Shown piece after piece: positions 1 through 12,743 of a stretch of DNA of 48,655 nt. This stretch comes from Chromera velia (lineage: Eukaryota). Position 1 is the stretch's first letter, and the number at the start of each line of letters is the position of its first letter. The DNA is taken from contig JAHBMJ010000439.1 of assembly GCA_018398765.1 (NCBI GenBank), positions 1 through 48,655 on the forward strand, written 5' to 3'. The translations under genes and the position numbers were made by a program. The notes below the pieces were generated by a model. That model was not told where the DNA came from and made no database searches. It was given only the letters and a program-made list of their open reading frames with translations.

Positions 1-610
1 CTCCACAAAAAAATATACAATACTTTTGTCGCCCATGGTAGTACTCAACGTCATATATAATTATACCCGGCTAAGCTGCACATCCGCTTAATTGTTGAAC
101 TCCTCATACAATGAAAGGAGTAAACTCTTAATTCGTTTAATATCTTCAAGATGTCACCTAGATTGAGGCGTATCTATTCTAAAAGACGCCGGGGGGGGAG
201 GACATCTAAAGCTTTCCCATTATGGCGTGGGCGGGCGTGGAACTACAGGGCTAGCTACGGGGGGGACGTCCACTACTTTGCTTCCAATGTGCCAGACCCC
301 CTTCCCCCCATCGTCCGAGCAAGAAAACCTACCACATATGAACGTCGTCTGTCATTCTTTTTATAAAACCCTTGCCACACACTTTTGAAAGCAGAATTAT
401 TTGAAAGTTAATTTTATTTTTGTGACCAAAATGAGGAAAATGGCTTTTTTTGGTCATTTTTAGCAAATAAATCATTGTTTTTTCTCATTTTTGGCCGTTA
501 TTAACGGACTCCCCCCCCCGCCGTCCTCTTTTTCTCCCGCTTCCATTCTGTAGAACTATAGGGAGGGACGTCCATCACCCTTCTCCATAGTGCAGTACTA
601 CACCCCCCCC

Positions 611-924
611 NNNNNNNNNNNNNNNNNNNNNNNNNNNNNNNNNNNNNNNNNNNNNNNNNNNNNNNNNNNNNNNNNNNNNNNNNNNNNNNNNNNNNNNNNN
701 NNNNNNNNNNNNNNNNNNNNNNNNNNNNNNNNNNNNNNNNNNNNNNNNNNNNNNNNNNNNNNNNNNNNNNNNNNNNNNNNNNNNNNNNNNNNNNNNNNNN
801 NNNNNNNNNNNNNNNNNNNNNNNNNNNNNNNNNNNNNNNNNNNNNNNNNNNNNNNNNNNNNNNNNNNNNNNNNNNNNNNNNNNNNNNNNNNNNNNNNNNN
901 NNNNNNNNNNNNNNNNNNNNNNNN
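611..924. other. Assembly gap (N run); further gaps at 31150-31181 and 43365-43550
   Basis: Runs of N in the sequence. Confidence 0.98.
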
Positions 925-1740
925 CCCTGCCATACTCGGCCATACTATACCTCTCTTCACCTGGGATCACCCTCGCCGACCCTCGCCCTCATACCTCTCT
1001 CCATCTGTCCTCCATTGCCTTGTCCCCATCCTGCCCCCCCTGCCTCTGCTGCTGTATATCGGTGCATGCAGAGCGCCTAGCAGAGCGTACAAACTGGCAG
1101 CCTTTACCTCCGTTGCCCTGTCTCTCCTTAGGCTATCTCTTTTCCTTTAGAGGCATGGAAGAAAGAAGACAATAAGTGGTAAAGTGCATACGTGGTGGGA
1201 GCCATTGCATGACATTTGTGTGGCACTACGAATTGACTGTTACGCATCGTCTATTATTGTATAGATTATTGTATATTGTTATATTCTATGTAGTACGTTG
1301 CAGAGGATACAGGGCAACACAGGGGCGTTTACTTAGAGGGAGTGAGAAGAATTTGGTCGAACCTCAGATATATTGTGCCCTTTTTATGTTTGCCCACCCT
1401 TTCTGTTCGGTCTGTTGTACTTTGTAGCCCTTTATAACTATGCCATCTTCAGCTGTTCCATCCTAGTTGTTTTCTTAAATTTTCCCTTAGGGGAATCAAG
1501 GTCTGTCAAAAACGGTCAAAAAGCATTTTTTAGAGCATTTCAGTTTCTCGAAAACCTTTGCCACGTCCTCTATATCCTAGTCTACATCAGTTTCCGACAG
1601 CTGTAAACGCACATAGTCCCTAATGTATTCAGGAAGGGAACTCAAAAAGCAGTGGGAGGCGGCGGGAAGCTCTGTCTGAAGAGATTTTCCCCCCTTTGCT
1701 CTTGTGTTCACTTCAGAGGTTAGCAAACTCTACAACGCAA

Positions 1741-3380
1741 TTAAATGACTATGGTTGAAAGAATCTGATACGGCTGGTTTCGTTCGCAGTACTGGGGAAA
1801 ATTGTTCACAGTGTCTTCTGTCTGCTTCAAAGTGCGCTGTTTGCTCTGCTGAATTAAGGGAATTGGCAAGGACAGACCAAAATCAGGTGATCTGCTTTGC
1901 CTCTTCCTCAGTGTCTGATAGTGTCTGTGTCTGTGAAACCATGATAAACCATGCAGTTGCTGCTTTAAATTTGCTTCCCCTTCCATAGCGTTAATCTTCT
2001 TTCGAAAATTACAATCGTTTCCGGCTCCTGTTTAGGCTCCTAGCAGTGCTTTTGCCTCTCCAGCCGTGAACTTTAGCGTTATTTTACTCTCATTTAGCTT
2101 GGCAGCCTTCAGGACTGCGTGGTTGATATCTGATTCATGCTAATACTCCTCGACTAGCGATAGCTTTACGTTCTCCCAGGATATACTCATACTAGTCTCA
2201 AAAGGAGAGAATACGGCTTATTGCTAGGGCTTGTTGAGCGTAGTTAGAAAATCTGTCTGCCTTTTTAGCGGCCTAAAGCCTTCTAGAAGCTAATCTATAC
2301 ACAGATCATCATGTTGGGCATTCGTTCAGAGGGAGTCTGTACATCAAAGCTAACCGGCCTAGTAGAGATTCTGAAGTCGCTTAAAGTTTGTCACCAGTTC
2401 AATCAGCTCACTGAGCTTATCTCTAACTCTCATGCACTAGCTTCCGTCTCTTTTCTATTTTTACTTTTGCTGTAGGCTTATGCCGACAGATTCAGTTGGG
2501 GCCACTTTGCATAGCTACGCATACATGCGCCATGACAGCAGATCCTTTCAACTTGTATGCGCGCCTCTCTTTCAGCAGGCGCTCCCCGCATGGAGGGATG
2601 CCTGCATCACCCTAGATCACCCTAGTGCATCACCTTTCACTTCTCATACAAACTCATACTAACTGAATCTGTTTTCATCATGGTCCCCAGATATCCCCAG
2701 GAGCAATTCAATGAAGAAGCGCCACAACTGGCCATAACATGTCATATGCCGCCTTTCACAATAACTCCCTATCCGCCCCTCAATCACATAATACAATTTT
2801 TAGGTGTTATATAAATATGAGAGTAAGGCTTCTGAATCAAAGAGCGGGACTTGCTAGGCTACGTACGCCTTAAGCCCCACTGATTCATCCAAATACTAGC
2901 TGCTTTCCCCGGGCCGTCCCGGGCTGCTGGGCAGCCCCCTGGGGAGAAGTCTATTACTAATTTAAAACAGTTACTCAGAAGAGCCCCCAGACACCCCACA
3001 AAAAACAAAAACCTCATTGCAATCATTAAAAGACATATATTAGTTGTTATGCAGGAAAAGATGGAGCAAGTATATATGTAAGTGAGACTCCTCCCAACTC
3101 TTGCAGCCCCCCTCCTAGCCCCCCCCTTTAATTTTCTTCCCCTGTTGTGTGCCATAGGCGGCACACAGAGGCCTACTGGCATGACACATGCACGACTGGG
3201 CATAAGAAGGCAAGAACAGCGCATACTACCCCACTATAACAGTAAGCCGGGAGGGTACTAAGCCCATGTATAATCCAATGGAGCACGGCACGCCCACCAA
3301 TCCGTCAATGACATATATGGTATTGCATCATCCCGGCACGCCTGAATAGAATTTGATGATTCAGAATCGGTGTGAGTTCA
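1741..3380 (-). pseudogene. Decayed ORF, probably transposon-derived, family unassigned
   Basis: One minus frame reads as protein-like over ~1 kb (RHMTCYGQLWRFFIELLLG...VRDKLSELIELVTNFKRLQNLY...ESDINHAVLKAAKLNESKITLKF) into ORF 1741-1986. It is broken by TAG/TAA/TGA stops explicable as C-to-T or G-to-A changes. ORF 2859-3224 may be the upstream part. The region is rich in TAG/CTA. Confidence 0.4.
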
Positions 3381-3779
3381 AGTTGTTTTTGCTTCTGTGC
3401 GTCTAGCTGTGCGTGCATGAATGAACTCATCACAGACTTAACAGACAGATACTGGCAGTACAAAAGCTATAGGTTCCTGTAGAGCAGGACGGGAGATGAC
3501 ACTCAGTCTAGCACTCAGTCTGCAGCCAGTGCTTAAGGTATTATCCCTGACCAAACCTAAATTGTTCATTCTATTTCCGTCATTCGCTTCCTGTTTCCAT
3601 CTCTTCATCTTTATAAAATCTTCTCCTTCTAATCGCTAGCCACTGCGTCTTCTCTGCTTCTGTTCATCTGTATATGTTCACCCTAGCTGGTGCAATATAC
3701 TACTAGTTATACTAGTAAGACTGCTTTTCCTCTTTTTCTCTCTCTCTTTTTCATAGTTTTTTTTTTCTCTTCGAGACTT

Positions 3780-3811
3780 CAAGCTTCTCTTTCCCTTTCT
3801 CTTTCCCTTTC

Positions 3812-3842
<31 letters not shown>

Positions 3843-4230
3843 CTGTATGTGTGTGTGTGTCTCTCTGCATATGTATGTGTGTGTGTGTGTGTGTATGTGT
3901 GTGTGTGTATGTGTATGTGTGTATATGTGTGTATGTGTGTGTATGTGTATCTGTATATATATCTATATATATATATATGTATGTGTATGTGTGTATGTAT
4001 GTATGTGTATGTATATGTATGTGTGTGTATATATGTGTGTGTATGTGTATGTGTCTGTGTCTGTCTGTGTCTGTGTCTGTGTCTGTGTCTGTGTCTGTGT
4101 CTGTGTCTGTATCTGTGTCTGTGTGTGTGTGTGTGTGTGTATGTGTGTGTGTGTGTGTATATGTGTATCTGTATATATATGTATGTATGTGTATATGTCT
4201 GTGTGTGTGTATGTGTGTGTATGTGTATGT
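3780..4230. repeat. Compound microsatellite (CT)n/(TG)n/(TATG)n/(TGTGTC)n
   Basis: Directly visible; explains the overlapping low-complexity ORFs. Confidence 0.95.
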
Positions 4231-5152
4231 GCTGTCACTGCTGTATATGGAACACTAGCTGTCTTTCTTTCCCTTTCAAAATTTTTTCCCACTTTTGTTT
4301 CCTTTTTGAATTTATTTGAATTCTTTTTTAAGTAACGAATCAAGTTGGACTCTCTTTAAAATTTGTTGTCCTTCCCTGTTTTCATCAACTTCCATCAAAA
4401 AAGAACGATGTGAAACAGAAAAAAGAGAAAAGACATTTTAAAAGAGGGAGAAGCAAAAAGAAGTACACAGCTAGAGGGCCGGAAAAAAAGATAAAAACTA
4501 GGAGATGTCTAAATAATACACAGTACGGTTAGGAGTAACGATAGTAGGATGGTTAGCGGCCGCCCGGGTTACCAATTTCACGGTTATGGTAGTAGTTTTT
4601 AGTACCATGACCATGGTAATGGTAGTATTGCATATTTTTCCTAATACTAGTAAACTTTAAACCTGTTTTATCTAGTTTTACTATCAAATCTACAATCAAC
4701 AGAAGCTACAGAGTAAACACCATTGTCACAATGTCATCAATGTTGCTAAACTCTTAGATCTGAGATAATAATCATAATATCAGAGATATTACTCTATCAG
4801 TATAAATAATGATATTATGTCATGATTATGATGCTGTAGTACCGTGTTAATTGTTTAACTGTGCGATGAAACATATCATGAATACGAGTTCACTTAGTGA
4901 GGCCTGCCAGTGATATACTGATTGATTGATTGATCCAGCAGACTCCAACGAAAATGCGACCTTGGGGGGTGACTGGGGGGGAGGTGTGTTGTTGCCTCCC
5001 CACCCAGACTTCGGCCGGTCAACCCTAAATGAATGCGTGATTTGCCTCTTCTAGCCGGGGGGGAAACACAGAATAAAAAGAAGAAGAATGAAAAGAGGAA
5101 CAAAAGAAAAAAGATTGTCTCTCTTCGTGTGTATGTATGTGTATGTGTATGT

Positions 5153-6438
5153 ATGTGTTACGCTTTCAGTTTCCTAGAAAAAAAAAAAGAGAGAACTTGC
5201 AAGGAAGAAAAAAAAATTTAGAAAGAAAGATAATATATATATACTGCCTTATAGGGTTAATGGGTATTTATCTATCATCCAAGAAATCCTGTGGGAAATT
5301 GTAAAAAATTAAATAATAATAAACTAATATAGATTGATTGATTGATTGATTGATATAGAATGAGCTGTATTATGAGCATAAATAAAATGATAATATAGTT
5401 TCTCATAACAATGTAATAAACAGCTAGAGTAAAGCAAAATTGCAAAATATATGCAAAATGTGACCAAATAATGAGTTGGGTACTAGATCAGGCCAGGTTT
5501 ACCTGTCGGTACATAAGCTTAAAACCCGTCGTTGCTTTTAGACAGAGTGTTGTCAATATTGCTATACATGGTGGGATCTGCATGGCCAAGATGGTTGTAT
5601 AGGCCGCTGGGTGAGAAGAGGAAGGCTCAGGGATCGACCATGATGCAAATAGCCTAACAAGAATCGTAGCTAAGTACGACTTGTCGACCTGCTTGTCAAA
5701 CTTGTTGGTAAGCTCATTAAACTGCAGGCATGGGCATAGGAAGAGAAGTGTAAAGAAATTTTGTATGTTTCATGAGTAAGGATATAAAAACTTTTACGAA
5801 CTCTCTGGAGAGTGTGCTGCAGGTTTAGTCGATCTTTTTGTCGATCTTCTTGTCGATCTTTTTGTTGTACGACCGTTTAGAGATGGCAAAACACACTAAA
5901 GACAAAACGGAATACATAAAACATATAAGAAAATTAAAGAGGGAAAAAAGAGACACACATAGAAAGAGAAAGAACGTGTCGAACTTTTTGTCAAACTCTG
6001 GCTCAGATGGCTTTTTATGTCGAACGATTGCATGACATTTTTGCAAGGTTGCAACTTTTTATGAAATTCATGATCTTAACGATCCCGATCCTACTTTCAA
6101 AAGAAGTGAAATTTGAATCCAGAAATCTGCAATTTGGTTTGTTAGACTTCGGTTCCGTATGTCGAACTCCGATTCTATATGTCGGACCAGTGACTTCCGT
6201 GTGTGATTCTTAAGTTGTTGAGCCTCCAATCTCACTTGTTGAACCTTAAATCTCACTTGTTGAACCTTCAATCTCGCTTGTCGAACCTTCAAGCTCAGTT
6301 GTCGGACCTTCAACCTCACTTGTCGAACCTGCAAGCCCGTTTGTCGAACCGATAAGGCCATTTGTCGGACTCGTCAACTCCGGTGAGGCACAGCTAGGTA
6401 GGCGCCCAATTCACCAAAAAGGGGAGGTCGTAATACGT
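5153..6438 (+). repeat. 5' LTR of element A (core TGTTACG...CGTAATA 5156-6435); contains ~21-bp tandem repeats at ~6228-6350 and 12-bp repeats at ~5828-5863
   Basis: Colinear near-identical copy at 10964-12249. Confidence 0.92.
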
Positions 6439-6447
6439 GGTGACGCC
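6438..6447 (+). promoter_or_regulatory. Primer-binding site candidate of element A (TGGTGACGCC; first 7 nt fit a tRNA-Trp-type 3' end)
   Basis: TGG start abutting the 5' LTR; the same TGGTGAC start occurs in element B. The tRNA assignment is tentative. Confidence 0.6.
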
Positions 6448-6789
6448 ATTCTTTGAGCTCGTGCTGTTTCAACAGCAAGCGACCTTCTGTCTTCTCCGTC
6501 CTCACCAAAGGTACTCGATCATTAGGTAGAGGTACACCGTGAAGCGCTGCCCAGTGTTTGTCAGACGGGTCCCTTACTGTCTTTACCGAGGACCCTTTGA
6601 GACCAAAGTAAGCAAAAAGCCTTCTGTCTTCTCCACTTTCAGTCAGACTGGAGTCTGAGCTTCTTTTTGAGAAAAGTAAACCGTGAAGCGCTGTTTTATT
6701 TTCAGTTAGAACCGTCGGGACACGTCTTCTTTGTCTCCGCTAGAGAAGTCTTCCCACGCCAGACCAAGCCGCGAAGCGCTATAAAGTTC

Positions 6790-8518
6790 TCTGATAGAGA
6801 GAGCCCCCACTGCAGCCTTGGAAACATTTAGACTCTGCAAGCTGCTGGGTCAAAGACCCCGTCACCAAAACAAAACGGTCACAGACTTCTACAAGGCAAG
6901 CGGCAGCATCCCCAAACAAACCCAGCTCGCCCTCTAGACTTCCCCTATAGCAGGTACTACCTCCTTCCCCTCGCACCTCATCCTCTCAGTTGGCTTCGCC
7001 CTCTGAGAGTGAGACCCCCTACATTCGACAGGTCCTGGTTGATCGAGTACCACTCACTCAAAGAAGGGGTCACACTCACCAGCTGACTCCCTCACACATC
7101 GCTTCTACCACTGCCAACCTCCATGCTGGTTGCAGGAGGGAATCTCAACTATCCCTCTTAGCATCCCTCCGGATGCTCGATATTGAGAGGCGATTCTCAC
7201 ACGTCCCTAACAGAAACTCAATCAGGGTCGTACATCCAGTAGCGTCCCATTCCGGGGTATCGGAAGATTCCCAGGCTGAAAACATCCGCCCGTACTGCTC
7301 GACCCCCGTAGCAAACCTCTGCCGTCGTCCCGCTCCTGATCCTCCTTCACCTACTGAGTTGCGTTTTCCTATCAGGGCTTGAACAAACCGACCACCACCC
7401 GAATCAGACGACTCGCAGTCGCAGAGGTTGGGATCAGATTTCTACAAGAACGAGGAAACCAGACCGCTCATCATCATCTACTCCCCATACAGCACCCTGC
7501 TTATAAGTGACGGCTCTCACAACTGTAGGCCAACTATCTAGCACACTGAATACCGGGACCCTTCAACAAGAAGAGGATTCCCGCCAGACCACTTGTAATC
7601 CTCCGAACACAACCAACCAACCGCACCCTGCAGCATGAACCAAAAGCTTTACTCGTCTGACCACACCCTTCCTATAGCAAGACAGATAGCCCCAACTGAG
7701 CCTATATAAGGAAAAATAAGGAGAAGCCCCACTACAGTTTACCTGGGGAAACCCCACCGCTGGCCGAAGAGCCTTTATAGCTTCCTGCTCTCTGAGTGCC
7801 TCTCTGATTCTTTCTTCCCTTCCGCTCTGAAGAAAAAAAAGAAAACACTCCTACGAGGACGATCCCCTCCTGTTACCCCTCTTACACCACTGGCAAGACC
7901 GCAGACGCTCTCCCAGACCCAAAGCTGCTATACCAATAGCTTTGCATCGTCGCCATCCCCAACCACAGCGAACTGTAAACCGACACGCCATAGTGAGTCT
8001 CCTACTGCCTTGCTCTGTACCTGAGCCGATTTTTCATTGCACATCCAGGCTGTCAGATTGCGCATAAGTGTGCAACACGCTCCTGCCGTGCAAAGTACTT
8101 GCAGCCGAAATTCAGGTAGATCCTCACCCTGCAAGCGTCGGCAAGACGTTCTAGACAGACCCTAACGGCTCCTAGGCCGCGCTTCTGCCAAGCAACCCCT
8201 ATCCCTCTCCCACAACAGCCGACACAGCCCCCCAAGGAACTTTATTAGCAGAGCGAGGCCACCAATTCCCTCTCCTCCCCTCTAGTACCATTCCGATCGA
8301 TGGGTGTGTCGTTCAAAACCCACTTACAGTGCCAACAGTAAAACCATTCCCCGTCTCTCTTTGAAATCCTCTCTTCCCCTGAACAGCACCTAGCCGTATC
8401 TAGCTGTCACGCCGTCTTCAAAAGCCCTGCAGCACTATGAAGCTGACCTTCACTCATAAGAAAAAAAAAGAGAGGGCCATCTTGAGTGTATGCGTTCATG
8501 GAGTTAATAGGCTGCTCG
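6790..8518 (+). pseudogene. Decayed Pro/Ser/Arg-rich ORF inside element A
   Basis: The frame of ORF 6990-7382 continues up- and downstream with scattered TAG/TAA/TGA stops. No CCHC knuckle or pol motif recognised. Confidence 0.35.
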
Positions 8519-10952
8519 TAAGCTTCTGGCTCTGCTGACAGCCCCCAGTTGCAACAACCACTCATCTATACAAAGGGGGTTCCGCTTGGACTGACCGGCG
8601 TCCTGCAATGGAATGGCGTCTTCATTAACCATGGAAAATCTTGGAAGGGCATGGAAATGGAACCGCACACCGCATTCAATTGGTCTGCACCAACAGACGG
8701 ACATGAGAACTGTGGAAATAGGAGACAAGTGTAAGTATAGAAGCCAAAGCAAGGTGTGAGGACAATGAGGGACAGTTAAATAAATCCAGGCACAAAAACA
8801 GGTGAGCACAGGAGGGAACGTGTCGGCCGAGGAAGGGAGATGGACAACTGCAAAATCTAATGAAATTCCAATCGGCCAACGTTGCTGATCATACATGAAG
8901 AAATGCATGAGGACTCTCTGAGATGCATGTATGATTCCTATGCTGATAAAATGCATGTGCATGGGTGAATGCATGAATATGAGGGGTGGGCATGCGTCTC
9001 AGATCAACACAAGTTCATGAAAAAGGTCACCGGAAAGGGAAAACAGGCGGAGAGAGGCCAGATCTCCCAAAAGGTCACCAAAAGAAAAAAAAAAGAGAAC
9101 AGGCGGAGAGAGGCCAGATCTTCTGAGGCAGGGGTGAGGACCTGACCTCGTAATACAGCAGCGAGAGAGAAAGGAAGGAGACCGGGGGAGAGAACCCGGG
9201 GTTCCGGAGGCAGGGGTGAGAACCTGACCTCCCACGAAAGTTGCAATCCAAGGCATGTGCGAAGAGCAAGGAAAGAGTTGACATGCAAGTCAGTGGATCG
9301 TTAAAAGGACGGGGAAGGGGTCAATATGAGGGAAGATCAGGGAGCCCGCAACCCTGCAAGAAATGGTAGAAAGAAATGAATCAGTATTTCCGAACAGAAG
9401 GAACAGTCAACATTGACTGTAGTAGAAGTTGCCATACGGGAGAGGTCTCAGTCTGACAAACGTCAACACCCATGAACAGACCTAACACTGCGTGGGATGC
9501 TGTTATGTGTAAAGATGAATATATATGTGTATCGAGATTCATAGCATGTATAACCCTGTGCGTAGGGAAGTATATGGATACAGACTATAAATCTTTCATA
9601 AAACTAATTGTCCATGCAAACAGGGGGAGGGAGGAAGAGCAACGGGTGACTGAATATACGAAAACCTGAGCTCGCTCCTGACTCACTACACTAAACAGGC
9701 AAGGGGTACGTGAATACTCTAGGCTTACTGACTTGTGGGAGGGCCCGCCCACAACCAGTAAACCTATGAGGAAATGTTATCCAATCAAAAAATATACACA
9801 CCCACACACTCATACGTAGAAAGAACGGAGGGCCTCGCCCACGACCTGTCCACGTGCCAGCCGATTTCCCTCCACAAACGAACAATGAGACATCCCCCCT
9901 TTCAAAACTGCATTGGTAGCCTTCCACTGCGCTGTGCTGATGTCTGTCTGTTGTTGGAATGCTTTTAGATGCAAATTTGCTTCAATGGTAATTCTAGAAA
10001 GCAAACTAGTCAGAACTATGCAAGATAACAACTTGAAGGTCAGACGCGCGCGCGCATTAAATGTATGCATGCACTTTCACACGTACTCCGATTATCACTT
10101 GAGGAGCATGCAACAAAAGTGCCCCCTAAGTCAAGCAAAAATAATTGGTACGCATGCGAACGTACACAAACTGTCTGACCTTGCTGCTTCATGCTGCTTT
10201 TGTCTGACATTTGTATCAGACCGAACTACAATCTGAGAGCAGACCGAAAACGGCTCTACATAGGAAGAGCTCAAAGTCATAGACGACATCTCAACAGTGC
10301 GATTGCTGCATAGTAGAGGACCAGATTCGCTCATTGTAGCTTTTTATTACACAACGTTCAAACCGGCGTTCAGTCTGCTTATTTTACTTCATGTATATGC
10401 ACTGATCTGAGAGACCGTCTGGTGGTAAGCCTGGCTTATGAGCGTCTTCATATAGATAAACAACTGTGTATCTTCTTTTTTTAACAATCCCTCTACCCAA
10501 AACAGCTTTCAGGCCCCTTTGAGGTCATCTATTGTGCAAAAATGATTAAAAAATCAAAAGACTCCGACGTAATACTCTATATACCACTTGTGCTGCCCCT
10601 CAGGAAGCCTCTGAGATGTATGATACATATGTATGCGTAGAATTTGCATTTACGAGGGCATGTTTCGATTAGTCTGCATATTGCATAAACATGTGTATGT
10701 CCTTCAATGTATACGCATCTTGGCATGCTGTTACCAAGAGACTTTGAAAATGTACATTGAATGATTGTGTGGTGTCCTCTCTCCATTTGTATGCCATTTC
10801 GAGGGCTATTTCAGATTATGCGAGGAGTGCGCTACTCCGCATGTACATACTACCTATATTATTGTATGGCAACATCCTTCTCTCTTCCCATAGAAAGGAG
10901 AATATGTTACATATAGATATCCATAAGTATGAGCGCGTAGAATCGCTCATAT

Positions 10953-10963
10953 AAGAAGGGGGA
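10953..10963 (+). promoter_or_regulatory. Polypurine tract of element A
   Basis: AAGAAGGGGGA immediately 5' of the 3' LTR, preceded by an 8-bp hairpin (TATGAGCG/CGCTCATA, 10928-10951). Confidence 0.8.
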
Positions 10964-12249
10964 ATGTGTTACGCTTTCAGTTTCCTAGAAAAAAAAAAAG
11001 AGAGAACTTACAAGGAAGAAAAAAAAAATTAGAAAGAAAGATAGTATATATATGCTGCCTTATAGGGTTAATGGGTATTTATCTATCATCCAAGAAATCC
11101 TGCGGGAAATTGTAAAAAATTAAATAATAATAAACTAATATAGATTGATTGATTGATTGATTGATATAGAATGAGCTATATTATGAGCATAAATAAAATG
11201 ATAATATAGTTTCTCATAACAATGTAATAAACAGCTAGAGTAAAGCAAAATTGCAAAATATATGCAAAATGTGACTAAATAATGAGTCGGGTACTAGATC
11301 AGGCCAGGTTTACCTGTCGGTACATAAGCTTAAAACCCGTCGTTGCTTTTAGACAGAGTGTTGTCAATATTGCTATATATGGTGGGATCTGCATGGCCGA
11401 GATGGTTGTATAGACCACTGGGTGAAAAGAAGAAGGCTCAGGGATCGATCATGATGCAAATGGCCTGACAAGAATCGTAGCTAAGTACGACTTGTCGACC
11501 TGCTTGTCAAACTTGTTGGTAAGCTCATTAAACTGCAGGTATGGGCATAGGAAGAGAAGTGTAAAGAAATTTTGTATGTTTCATGAGTAAGGATATGAAA
11601 ACTTTTGTGAACTCTCTGGAGAGTGTGCTCCAGGTTTAGTCGATCTTTTTATCGATCTTCTTGTCGATCTTTTTGTTGTACGACCGTTTAGAGATGGCAA
11701 AACACGCCAAAGACAAAACGGAATACATAAAACACATAAGAAAATTAAGGAGGGAAAAAAGAGACACACATAGAAAGAGAAAGAACGTGTCGAACTTTTT
11801 GTCAAACTCTGGCTCAGATGGCTTTTTATGTCGAACGATTGCATGACATTTTTGCGAGGTTGCAACTTTTTGTAAAATTCATAATCTTGACGATCCCGAT
11901 CCTACTTTTAAAAGAAGTGAAATTTGAATCCAGAAATCTGCAATTTGGTTTGTTGAACTTCGGTTCCGTATGTCGAACCCCGATTCCGTATGTCGGACCA
12001 GTGATTTCCGTGTGTGATTCTTAAGTTGTCGAGCCTCCAATCTCACTTGTCAAACCTTAAATCTCACTTGTCGAACCTTCAATCTCACTTGTTGAACCTT
12101 CAAGCTCAGTTGTCGGACCTTCAACCTCACTTGTCGAACCTGCAAGCCCGTTTATCAAACCGATAAGGCCACTTGTCAGACTTGTCAACTCCGGTGAGGC
12201 ACAGCTAGGTAGGTGCCCAATTCACCAAAAAGGGGAGGTCGTAACATGT
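10964..12249 (+). repeat. 3' LTR of element A (core TGTTACG...CGTAACA 10967-12246)
   Basis: Copy of 5153-6438. Confidence 0.92.
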
Positions 12250-12368
12250 GTATGTATGTGTATATGTGTATGTATATGTGTGTCTTGTTTGGACTTCTGT
12301 CTATCTCTGTACTTCAGCGGAAATCCGTGCACGTTTGTTTCACCATTGAGCAATTCGTCCGAAAGTGG

Positions 12369-12415
<47 letters not shown>

Positions 12416-12508
12416 TGTGTATATGTGTGTGTGTCACCATGTGTGTGTATATATGTGTGTGTGTGAGAGAGAGAGAGAAAGAGAACAACCTACTTCGCCT
12501 CAAGCGCC

Positions 12509-12743
12509 CCTGCAGCTCAAACGCCCCCCCTCCCTCCTCGGGAGACCCTTGCAGCCCCAGTACCTCCCCTCCCTCCTCGGGAGACCTCTGCAGCTCCACC
12601 ACCCCTCCTCCCTCCTCGGGAGACCCCTGCAGCTCCAGCGCCCCTCCTCCCTCCTCGGGAGCCTCCTGCAGCTCCACCACCACCCTTCCCTCCTCAGGGG
12701 ACCCCTGCAGCTCCATCAACCCCCCTCCCTCCTCGAAAGACCC
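12509..12743. repeat. 36-bp GC-rich minisatellite, ~6 copies
   Basis: Unit approx. CTGCAGCTCCAGCGCCCCTCCTCCCTCCTCGGGAGACCC; minus strand reads as (ELQGSPEEGGGx)n. Lies inside the TA-flanked element. Confidence 0.9.

Larger units (their letters stand above)
5153..12249 (+). mobile_element. LTR retroelement A (non-autonomous or decayed, ~7.1 kb)
   Basis: ~1.28-kb direct repeats at 5153-6438 and 10964-12249 with inverted ends (A[T/C]GTGTTACG...CGTAA[C/T]A[C/T]GT). PBS-like TGGTGAC at 6438; purine tract AAGAAGGGGGA before the 3' LTR. GTATGT on both flanks within a TG/TATG microsatellite. No RT, RNase H or integrase motif found by eye. Confidence 0.9.

Noticed and set aside
3690..4343. VC/HT/SFLP/KEGR-rich ORFs here and at 13577-14674, 27049-27515, 28683-29996, 30684-31592 and 43104-44387
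   Set aside because: Translations of microsatellites or N runs, not proteins.
6068..6361. Heptad-like 97-aa ORF in the LTR
   Set aside because: Produced by a 21-bp tandem repeat, and no equivalent ORF is listed for the sister LTR.
6439..10963. Autonomous gag-pol in element A
   Set aside because: No YxDD, RNase H, HHCC or DDE motifs found in the supplied ORFs or the frames I read; heavy decay could hide remnants.
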